Shown in pieces: positions 8,141 to 15,492 of a stretch of DNA of 32,000 nucleotides. Position numbers and translations under genes: made by a program. The first letter of the stretch is position 1. Every line of letters starts with the position of its first letter. A model generated the notes under the pieces. It did no database searches and was not told the DNA's origin. It worked only from the letters and a program-made list of their open reading frames with translations. This DNA comes from an uncultured archaeon (lineage in GTDB: Archaea; Micrarchaeota; Micrarchaeia; Micrarchaeales; CABMGC01), in contig OY969902.1 of assembly GCA_963704435.1 (NCBI GenBank), positions 540,001-572,000 on the forward strand, in the 5' to 3' direction.

Positions 8141-8680
8141 ATGTCACAAAAAATCAAAATAGTCAAACCCATATACGCTCTGGTGGCCGTCGTACTGATT
8201 ATCGGAGTTATTGGACTGATATACTTTGAAGTAGGCTTAACAAGTGAGCCGACGGTCGCAGCGGGAGACGCCATTCAAGTCTACTATACAGGAACCTTTA
8301 CCAACGGCACTGTTTTCGATTCCAATATCGGGGGGCAGACGCTCAATTTTACGGTTGGGGCTAATCAGGTGATTCCTGGATTCGATGAGGGAGTCGTAGG
8401 AATGGAACTTAATGAAAATAAGACCATAACTGTCCCCGCGGACGAGGCCTATGGGCCGATAAACCCAGCGCTGGTTGTACAAGTGCCTCTTTCACAATTC
8501 GGGAATCAGACTATCGAGAAGGGAATGACAATCACTGCGACTTCTGCTTCGAACGGTCAGACGCAGGAAGGCATCGCGACTGCTGTCAACTCCACGATGG
8601 TTACCGTGAACTTCAACTCGCCTCTTGCGGGCCAGACGCTGATATTCAGCGTAAAGGTAGTTGGGATAAGCAAGAAGTGA
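8141..8680 (+). CDS. membrane-anchored FKBP-type peptidyl-prolyl cis-trans isomerase (SlyD-like with insert-in-flap)
   Basis: N-terminal TM segment IYALVAVVLIIGVIGLIYF. FKBP motifs YTGTF.NGTVFDS, VIPGFDEGVVGM and NSPLAGQTLIFSVKVVGI. The track starts at TTG 8138; an ATG is at 8141. Confidence 0.8.
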   Translation: MSQKIKIVKPIYALVAVVLIIGVIGLIYFEVGLTSEPTVAAGDAIQVYYTGTFTNGTVFDSNIGGQTLNFTVGANQVIPGFDEGVVGMELNENKTITVPADEAYGPINPALVVQVPLSQFGNQTIEKGMTITATSASNGQTQEGIATAVNSTMVTVNFNSPLAGQTLIFSVKVVGISKK

Positions 8681-8694
8681 TTTTCCAAGGGACC

Positions 8695-8719
8695 GATTTC
8701 GGCATTGGCGTCCGAAATC
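8695..8719 (+). terminator. 8-bp hairpin downstream of the FKBP gene
   Basis: GATTTCGG (8695-8702) pairs perfectly with CCGAAATC (8712-8719) across a 9-nt loop, 15 nt after the stop codon. A terminator role is inferred only. Confidence 0.35.
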
Positions 8720-8822
8720 ATCGTCTTGTGCAGCGCACCGCAGAATTGAGTTCCTTCCAGCTCCGCGCAGCGGAGGGGAGAGTGGCGCCTTTAAATTGCT
8801 TCTCGATTATTTATTACACGAC

Positions 8823-8897
8823 GGGCCCGTAACTCAGTTTGGCTAGAGTGGCAGGCTTTTAACCTGAAAGTCGTGGGTTCAAATCCCACCGGGCCCG
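8823..8897 (+). tRNA. tRNA-Lys(TTT), intronless
   Basis: Cloverleaf with acceptor GGGCCCG/CGGGCCC, D arm ACTC...GAGT, anticodon arm GCAGG-CTTTTAA-CCTGA (27:43 G.A mismatch), T arm GTGGG-TTCAAAT-CCCAC, discriminator G. TATA-like ctttaaatt about 30 nt upstream. Confidence 0.9.
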
Positions 8898-8910
8898 CGC
8901 GGTCGATTCT

Positions 8911-10458
8911 GTGGAGAAGAGGACCAAAGAAGAGCTAAGGGACAAGCATTGGTCAGAGCAACTAGTGGACGAGCTTCTCGAGAGGAAGAAACCGCCTTTC
9001 GTGATAACAGGGGGCATGACCACGAGCGGGCCCGCGCACCTCGGGACCGTGGGGGAATTCCTTTATCCGTCCATAATCAAGCAGGGTCTGGAGAACAAAG
9101 GCCACAGGACAGAGTTCTATTTTATCGGGGACATATTCGACGCGTTTGATGGCATACCTGCAGTACTCAAACAGTATGAGAAGGAGCTGACGCCGGAGCT
9201 AGGGAAACCGCTATCTTCCGTGATTGACCCGATGGGCTGCCACGCCTCCTATGGGGAGCATTACCTGTCTGAAGCAATCGATATAATGGAAAAGATGGGC
9301 CTTGACATAAATGTCAAAAAAGCGAACGAGCTTTACGCAGAGGGAGTTTTCGACATCTATGCGAGACTGTTTTTTAAGAACGAGGACAAGGTAAAAGAAG
9401 TGGTGGCAAGGACTTCCCTGAGGAAGATGGAGGACTTCAAGGATTGGAGCCCGATAATGCCGATCTGCGAGGACTGCGGAAAGATAGCAACCACCAAAGT
9501 CACGCGGCATAATGACGATGAATATGAGTATGCGTGCGACAAGGATGTCGAGTACACGAAAGGCTGCGGGTACAAAGGCAAGGCGAGCATACGCGACCAC
9601 AGGTATAAACTGCAATGGAGGCTGCACTGGCCGTCGTGGCAGGCGTATTTCAACTCGAGCATCGAGGGCAGCGGAGTCGACCACATGACGCGCGGGGGCA
9701 GCGCGGATACTGCGAGAGCGGTCCATAAGGAGATCCTTGAGCGTGAGCCTCCTATGCTTTTCAAATACGGTTTCATGCTGTTCCATGGGAAGAAGTACTC
9801 CAAGTCGAAGGGAATCGGGATGGGCGCGAAGGAGCTGATGGGGCTGATGCCCCCTGAGGTGCTGAAATACCTCCTGATTGCGCCTAACCTAGAGCAGAAC
9901 AAGGACATAGACCCTACCGGGGACAAGCTGATCATCGTGTACGACGAGCTTGAAAGGCTCAGCAGGCTGGAGAAAGCCGAGACCAGGCCTGACGAGAAGA
10001 AGCTCACCGCCTTCAGGCTTGCCGTAGGCAAGCTGAACTGGAAGGCCTCGTTCACGGACGTCTTGCTGAACTATCAGATATACCGCGATTGGGAAAGGGT
10101 CGGCAGAATGCTCGGCGATGAGAAGGGCGTCGCGTACCTTGAGCCATACATAACCGAATGGCTGAAGAAGGAGTACGAGCCCGAGAGGTACAATTTCTCG
10201 ATCAAGCCCCAGAAGATAAAGGATCTGAGAGACGTCGTCATGGGGTTCTCCAACTCCCTGAATCCGAAGATGGGCGATGTGGAAATCCACAACCTCGTTT
10301 ACGCGGTCGCTAAGGAGAGGGGGGTCCAGGCGGACCTGCTGTTCAAGGCAGTCTACGAAGCGATCATAGGGAAGGACAAGGGACCCAGGCTGGGAAAGCT
10401 GCTGGCTTCGATAGGCGTGGACAAGGTAAAGGAGATGCTCGCCTTTGCCACAGGCTGA
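8911..10458 (+). CDS. lysK: class I lysyl-tRNA synthetase
   Basis: 515 aa with a HIGH-type motif (SGPAHLGTVGE) and a KMSKS-type motif (KYSKSKG). N-terminal KHWSEQLVDEL matches class I LysRS. GTG start at 8911, with no in-frame ATG upstream. Confidence 0.85.
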   Translation: MEKRTKEELRDKHWSEQLVDELLERKKPPFVITGGMTTSGPAHLGTVGEFLYPSIIKQGLENKGHRTEFYFIGDIFDAFDGIPAVLKQYEKELTPELGKPLSSVIDPMGCHASYGEHYLSEAIDIMEKMGLDINVKKANELYAEGVFDIYARLFFKNEDKVKEVVARTSLRKMEDFKDWSPIMPICEDCGKIATTKVTRHNDDEYEYACDKDVEYTKGCGYKGKASIRDHRYKLQWRLHWPSWQAYFNSSIEGSGVDHMTRGGSADTARAVHKEILEREPPMLFKYGFMLFHGKKYSKSKGIGMGAKELMGLMPPEVLKYLLIAPNLEQNKDIDPTGDKLIIVYDELERLSRLEKAETRPDEKKLTAFRLAVGKLNWKASFTDVLLNYQIYRDWERVGRMLGDEKGVAYLEPYITEWLKKEYEPERYNFSIKPQKIKDLRDVVMGFSNSLNPKMGDVEIHNLVYAVAKERGVQADLLFKAVYEAIIGKDKGPRLGKLLASIGVDKVKEMLAFATG

Positions 10459-10596
10459 CCCCCCAACGCCAGATTGCACATCCGCTTGTCACAGATAGCG
10501 AAAAACGTATTTATACCCTGAAACGCAAACGGAATTGGGGGTTGCATTCCGACTGCGATAGTATTAGGGAAAACGGGCGCCGTTAGCGCAACTGCC

Positions 10597-12183
10597 ATGG
10601 AGCGCATAAAGACGGAGCTTGCTGAGCTGACAAACCAACTCGGAAAGCCATTAAATGACGACCGTGGATACGCAAATTGCGAGTCCATTGAAGAGAAAGC
10701 GCGGCATATCCTGTATTCATCCACTCTGAGAGATGGATCTGAGCTAACAAAACTGTCCCTGCTTAGCTGCATAACATCAGGAGACTATTGGCACGCGTGG
10801 GACTCTCTTGGAAAGATGTGGCCCAGACTTGGCGAGGAGGATCGCGATTTCTATCTTAAAGCAACGCTATATCAAGCATATTCGGGGCCGTCGAGTTTTG
10901 GCAATGTCTGGATTCTTGGGAAATACGACAATGCGGAATTGAGCGGAAGCGGGATGCTCAAGGATCGCCTCTCTGAAGGAGAACTTAAGGATGTGGTAAA
11001 CAGGGCCGTCTGGGAGTTCCTTAATGGTCTCTACACATCTCCAGGTTTTAGTATTCCCCGCGATGATTATGCCTTACTCAACAAGTATTTCGGATACGTC
11101 GATTTCTCGAAGACGAAAGAACTCAGATCCGACAAGCCACTCATTGCGCTCTTAAGTGGCTGGCCTGACGACGCTTACAAGAGCGCATTCGAGTCTGCAA
11201 GAGGAAACATCGACTGGGAATCTGAAGTATGGCTGGCGCACCCCATAATTGACCAGATATTCAGAAACGTCGTATACAGAGAAGATTGTGGATTCGAGTG
11301 CAACTTAGGCAGATCCACTATGATTAAGAGGGCGCAAATCAGCCTCGAGAAGTACGGCAATTACATGAATGATCCTCTAGTGCAATCGATGCTGAAGGAG
11401 TGGTTGGGGGAATCGGTTGTATTTGTAAACGCATACGATGATACGGCTGATGATGCGGTGCCGTGCATAGATTTTCTCTTAAAATACATTGACTCTTCAG
11501 AGGAGGATAAGAAGCAGTTGGTGTGCCAGTTCCTACCAAAGGAAAAGGACTTGTACACGTATCTTATCCATTCGAGGTTCCCTAAGCGCCTACTTACAAA
11601 TGACACCTTGCACGAAGTCCAGGATCAGTTGCTCGCCTGGCTCAATACAGAGCACCTTGGCAAGAAAGACCTTCTTGAATTCATCGGTCTGACAAAGAAC
11701 GCGGCGTCAATGGATTTCTTGAATCAAGAAACTGCCCAGACGCTATTGAAATCCGCACTAGATGCCTATGCCAAATTCAAGCCCAGGCCGGCAACGGATT
11801 TGGTGCTCGAAATGCATCGCAACCTCGATGATCTACTCAAGCTCGGCCTCATAGAGCAGCAGGACTATTTTGAAAAGGGTTTGATCTGCGTCTCCGACCT
11901 ACGACTTAGGAAGAAAAATGAGTTGGCGTACGATCTTGAAAGAAAATTGAACACCATTAAATATGGAAAGGGAGAGGGACTGGAGGCAGTAAAGACGCAA
12001 ATACGCGCTGAACATGCATCTGCCGAGAAGCTTCAGGCGAGCGCGAAGACGCGGGAACGCCGTGGACGCCGTAGCCATCACAGGCAGGTCCAGGCCATGC
12101 GCAGGAGATCCCCGTCTCACAAGTCCGGAAATGGCCATGAACAGTCGCATCTCGACGCTTTTGTAAGTACGATTAGAGAGTGA
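10597..12183 (+). CDS. hypothetical protein P1 (528 aa), paralogue of the next gene; basic Arg/His/Ser-rich C-terminal tail
   Basis: Long open frame in a low-GC patch. It shares a domain of about 230 aa with P2, for example LSEGELKDVVNRAVWEF / ISEGELKECVNEGFWEL and WPDDAYK...WLAHPIIDQIF..VVYRED / WPDSKYK...WLLCPIIEQILYRED. No known family recognised. Confidence 0.6.
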   Translation: MERIKTELAELTNQLGKPLNDDRGYANCESIEEKARHILYSSTLRDGSELTKLSLLSCITSGDYWHAWDSLGKMWPRLGEEDRDFYLKATLYQAYSGPSSFGNVWILGKYDNAELSGSGMLKDRLSEGELKDVVNRAVWEFLNGLYTSPGFSIPRDDYALLNKYFGYVDFSKTKELRSDKPLIALLSGWPDDAYKSAFESARGNIDWESEVWLAHPIIDQIFRNVVYREDCGFECNLGRSTMIKRAQISLEKYGNYMNDPLVQSMLKEWLGESVVFVNAYDDTADDAVPCIDFLLKYIDSSEEDKKQLVCQFLPKEKDLYTYLIHSRFPKRLLTNDTLHEVQDQLLAWLNTEHLGKKDLLEFIGLTKNAASMDFLNQETAQTLLKSALDAYAKFKPRPATDLVLEMHRNLDDLLKLGLIEQQDYFEKGLICVSDLRLRKKNELAYDLERKLNTIKYGKGEGLEAVKTQIRAEHASAEKLQASAKTRERRGRRSHHRQVQAMRRRSPSHKSGNGHEQSHLDAFVSTIRE

Positions 12184-12188
12184 TAAAT

Positions 12189-13103
12189 ATGACAACTATG
12201 ACTATAGATGTGGTTCCTGCAATCATAAACACAGACCGTATGGAGTTCGTGAATCGCGAGTTTCCTCTCGCAGTGAAAAGTGGTCTAATCCATGGACCGG
12301 CGCCGGAAACGCTATCGCTCAGAGACAAGGCCTCAGGGCTGGAAGTGGTATTGAGGAAGTCTCCAAAGGTAGAGGAATTACTGCTGTACGATTATATTGA
12401 ACGTGGCAGTTTCTGGAATGCGGGCATATCGCTTGAGCGAATCAAGCAAAGGATTGCAAATTGGAAGTATCATCTCTATGCTGAAGTGATAAAGTCACAG
12501 GCGATGCAGAACAAGACGGGTGGTGGCGCGGATACGGGCCACGCGTGGCTGGTGGAAGCTCACAAGAAAGGCTGGCTCAAGGGCCACATTTCTGAAGGCG
12601 AGCTCAAAGAGTGCGTCAATGAGGGTTTCTGGGAGCTCATGAATGAATATTTCTATCCTCCACATGCCCATATAACCGTTTTCTCAAAAGTACCGGACAT
12701 TGACAAATACAATACATTGATGTCGTATTCACAGCACCTTGACCTCTCCAGGGCGAAAGAGTTCAGAGAGAAGTTCGGCCTTATCGAGCCGCTCGAATGG
12801 AGGAAAGGATATGCGGATAATAGTCACACATCAGGAGCGAAGTACGACTGGCCTGATTCCAAGTACAAAGATGCAGTAGCCGTGGCCCTTGGCAATGAGG
12901 CCTGCAATACAGATACTGCGGCCTGGCTCCTGTGCCCTATAATCGAACAAATACTGTACCGCGAAGACAATCAACCGTGCTCTTCGGATGAAGTCGCCGG
13001 AATACGCGAGTTAGAACCATACAAAAAGTACCTGGACGAGCCTGATGTAAAGTCTCTAATTCAGCAAATAATATTGCATTTTAGGGATGAATACGGATAC
13101 TGA
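12189..13103 (+). CDS. hypothetical protein P2 (about 304 aa), paralogue of P1
   Basis: The open frame begins at GTG 12180, which overlaps the P1 stop (gtga). The first ATG is at 12189. Similarity to P1 is as listed above. The lowest-GC line counted in the window lies here (37%, line 12661). Confidence 0.6.
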   Translation: MTTMTIDVVPAIINTDRMEFVNREFPLAVKSGLIHGPAPETLSLRDKASGLEVVLRKSPKVEELLLYDYIERGSFWNAGISLERIKQRIANWKYHLYAEVIKSQAMQNKTGGGADTGHAWLVEAHKKGWLKGHISEGELKECVNEGFWELMNEYFYPPHAHITVFSKVPDIDKYNTLMSYSQHLDLSRAKEFREKFGLIEPLEWRKGYADNSHTSGAKYDWPDSKYKDAVAVALGNEACNTDTAAWLLCPIIEQILYREDNQPCSSDEVAGIRELEPYKKYLDEPDVKSLIQQIILHFRDEYGY

Positions 13104-13142
13104 GAGCTCCGGGCGGGGCTGGTGTGCAGGCACATACCACGC

Positions 13143-13152
13143 TTTTAAATAA
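13143..13152 (+). promoter_or_regulatory. TATA-like box for tRNA-Ser
   Basis: ttttaaataa is centred about 27 nt upstream of the tRNA 5' end at 13175, the canonical archaeal TATA-to-start spacing. Confidence 0.5.
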
Positions 13153-13174
13153 TGTTAATCATAGTTATTACTGC

Positions 13175-13289
13175 GCCAGGGTGGCGGAATCCGGTATCGC
13201 GTACGCCTGGAAAACAGTCTCGCAAGCGTATGGCTCTCGCGAGCCTTTTGGGTTCAAAAGCAGTTTTGCTGAAAATCCCAACCCTGGCG
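13175..13289 (+). tRNA. tRNA-Ser(GGA) with two introns (12 nt at 37/38; 17 nt in the T-loop at about 59/60)
   Basis: Acceptor GCCAGGG/CCCTGGC, discriminator G, 3-bp D stem GCG/CGC with an 11-nt loop, anticodon stem TACGC/GCGTA. Long variable arm GGCTC-tcgc-GAGCC (class II), T stem TTGGG/CCCAA. Removing 13213..13224 and 13259..13275 restores loops CTGGAAA and TTCAAAT and gives an 86-nt mature tRNA. It overlaps track ORFs 13124..13324 and 13152..13385. Confidence 0.85.
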
Positions 13290-13372
13290 GTTATGCTCCA
13301 CACGATGCTTGCGATTGGTTTTAATCTTTATCAGGCGTATTTAGTATCGCAATTGTTTGCTGGATTGACTAC

Positions 13373-13855
13373 ATGGCGGAGCTAAGCGAGTCCGGACTCA
13401 TAGAGAGGGAGCTGACGCTGAGGAACCTCAGGCTCACGAAGGAAGTGCTAGAGACTCGCAGGTCGATCGTCAGGTGGCTGGCCCTCTCGCTCGGCGTGCT
13501 CAACCCGGGTGAATCCAGGCTCAGCGGCATCGCCGTCCTGGATGCGCTGGTGCACTTCCAGTTCATCGCGAGGACAGACCCAACCGTCAGCGAGCTAATG
13601 GAGTACATCGGTAAGAACTGGGAGGCCATGAATGAGAAGACGCTCAGGTACCACCTGCTCCGCATGAAGAACATGGGCCTCGTGGAGAACTCGCAGGGAA
13701 GGTTCAGGCTCAGCCCACCCAACACGGGCGACAGGTTCGACGCCCAGACCTGGGCGACCGGGCTCTATGAGAAGGACTGCAAGGAGATCGCCGCCAAGAT
13801 AGGCGATGCCATAAAGGAACTGAAAAACAAGAACACGATGGGAGGATCGATATGA
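13373..13855 (+). CDS. winged-helix DNA-binding protein (putative transcription regulator)
   Basis: 160 aa. The central segment TVSELMEYIGKNWEAMNEKTLRYHLLRMKNMGLVENSQGRFRL looks like a helix-turn-helix followed by a wing. The stop overlaps the next ATG (atga, 13852). Confidence 0.5.
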   Translation: MAELSESGLIERELTLRNLRLTKEVLETRRSIVRWLALSLGVLNPGESRLSGIAVLDALVHFQFIARTDPTVSELMEYIGKNWEAMNEKTLRYHLLRMKNMGLVENSQGRFRLSPPNTGDRFDAQTWATGLYEKDCKEIAAKIGDAIKELKNKNTMGGSI

Positions 13856-15489
13856 AGAGAGAGATTTATCTTTGGATTGCGCTGATAGTTTTCATCGCCG
13901 CGGCCGCGCTCGTATACAAGTACTTCTACCAGGCCCCGATAAGCCTATCGCTCAGCATGAACGGCAGCGGCGCGGTGAGCGCGATCTACCCCTATCAGAA
14001 CGTCGCGCTCCCGATAGTCATACGGAACACGGGAGGAAGCGCGATAATGAACATGAGCATAGGCATAATCATAAACGGGAACCTCACATCGCTCTACAAG
14101 GTGACTCTCCCTGTCGGGAAGCAGACAGTGATACCATACAATTACAGCCCGACGGCGCCGGGAAAATACAACATAACCGCGGTCGCGGACCCGAGCAAGC
14201 TGTATTCCATATCTGACAGGGGGACGACCCTGTCTGGAGCGACCATTTCGGTCATGGCCCCGGACAACGCGACGCCGTATGCGCTCCTGCCTGCAGCAAA
14301 CCTGACTTCGCTGCAGAGCGTAAACCTGCAGCGCGGGGGTTACATCGTAAACGCTTACCTCAACAGCAGTTTCAGCACCGGCGCGTTCGCCATAATAGGG
14401 AACGGGGAGATAAACAGCTTCATAGGTCCCGTACTGAACCTGACTGCGTATTACACGTACAACTCCAGCCTGGCCAACGCAAAGTATGTCAACGGCGACC
14501 GGGCCTATTCGATATGGATAAGGGGGTACGCAAACCCGTCCATAGTGGCTACCGCCGCAAACGCATCGAAGCTGCAGTACAGCAGCATCAGGACGTCTTT
14601 CGGCAACATGACCCTGGTAAAGATATCCAACGGAACCACGCTATGTAGCTGGTATGCGGGAGGATGGCTCAAGATGCTCGCTTACGTGGGGAGCAGGAGC
14701 TGCTACCAGGCCATAAACGCCAGCGCGGCAGGGGCAGTAAATGGCCCTGCGCACAGCGTCCTACCCAGCAGCTCCGCATTGGAGAATGCGAGCCTGCTCG
14801 CCAACTACACAGGGAAGATGGGCAGCGTCACCTATTCCGCGACGCTCTCGATGCTCGGCAGCTCAACCAACTCGTCGTTCGTCTATGTGGAAGTATCGAA
14901 CAACACCGCTGTGGACAACATCTGCGACGGGATCATAACGAACGTAAGCAACAAGCATTACTGCAGCGTCTACCTGTTCCCGCTGTCCGGCAGCGCGGGC
15001 TCAATTTCGCTGATAAAGACCACTTCCTATGCCGGCACCTACAACCTGACGGTGATGTCCCTGGTCAACACCTCCAAGATACTGGCACAGGCGCAGACGA
15101 ACATAAACATAATAAGAGGGTTCAACTTCAGCGGAAGCTCTATAGGATTCATATCCGGCCGGGTAGACACGTGCTCGTTCAACGCATCGTTCCCTTGCGC
15201 CAACGCGACATTCAACAATGGGATGATGACCTTCCGGATTACTGACAACATGAGCAGCGGGGCAAAGCTAAACAGGGTGGCCTGCTACAGCAGTGGAACG
15301 GCCAACCAAACCTACGTCGGGTCTGCGCTGACGGCTGGCGGCACAATGAACGTCACCGTGCCATGCTACAGTTACGGGGCCCTCATATCAGGGATACCCC
15401 TGAATCTCAACCTCAACCTGCTGCTGAACTATACCGTAGCCAACACTATGAAGACACTGGCGGGAAGAGCGTACATTCCGATCGGGTAG
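13852..15489 (+). CDS. N-terminally anchored, heavily N-glycosylatable surface protein
   Basis: 545 aa with a single N-terminal TM (IYLWIALIVFIAAAALVY). I count about 28 N-x-S/T sequons. Rich in Ser/Thr/Asn/Gly/Ala with almost no charged residues. Confidence 0.6.
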   Translation: MKREIYLWIALIVFIAAAALVYKYFYQAPISLSLSMNGSGAVSAIYPYQNVALPIVIRNTGGSAIMNMSIGIIINGNLTSLYKVTLPVGKQTVIPYNYSPTAPGKYNITAVADPSKLYSISDRGTTLSGATISVMAPDNATPYALLPAANLTSLQSVNLQRGGYIVNAYLNSSFSTGAFAIIGNGEINSFIGPVLNLTAYYTYNSSLANAKYVNGDRAYSIWIRGYANPSIVATAANASKLQYSSIRTSFGNMTLVKISNGTTLCSWYAGGWLKMLAYVGSRSCYQAINASAAGAVNGPAHSVLPSSSALENASLLANYTGKMGSVTYSATLSMLGSSTNSSFVYVEVSNNTAVDNICDGIITNVSNKHYCSVYLFPLSGSAGSISLIKTTSYAGTYNLTVMSLVNTSKILAQAQTNINIIRGFNFSGSSIGFISGRVDTCSFNASFPCANATFNNGMMTFRITDNMSSGAKLNRVACYSSGTANQTYVGSALTAGGTMNVTVPCYSYGALISGIPLNLNLNLLLNYTVANTMKTLAGRAYIPIG

Positions 15490-15492
15490 CGC

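Noticed and set aside
3890-8822. A single integrated mobile element between tRNA-Asn and tRNA-Lys(TTT)
   Set aside because: No integrase, transposase or att-type repeat of a tRNA 3' end is visible. The interval also contains backbone-composition genes (the amidohydrolase at about 55% GC). It is reported only as a compositional mosaic.
13124-13385. Track ORFs 13124..13324 (66 aa) and 13152..13385 (77 aa)
   Set aside because: Both overlap the cloverleaf of tRNA-Ser(GGA) and its promoter and 3' flank. Their sequences are low-quality reads through structured RNA, so I treat them as spurious.
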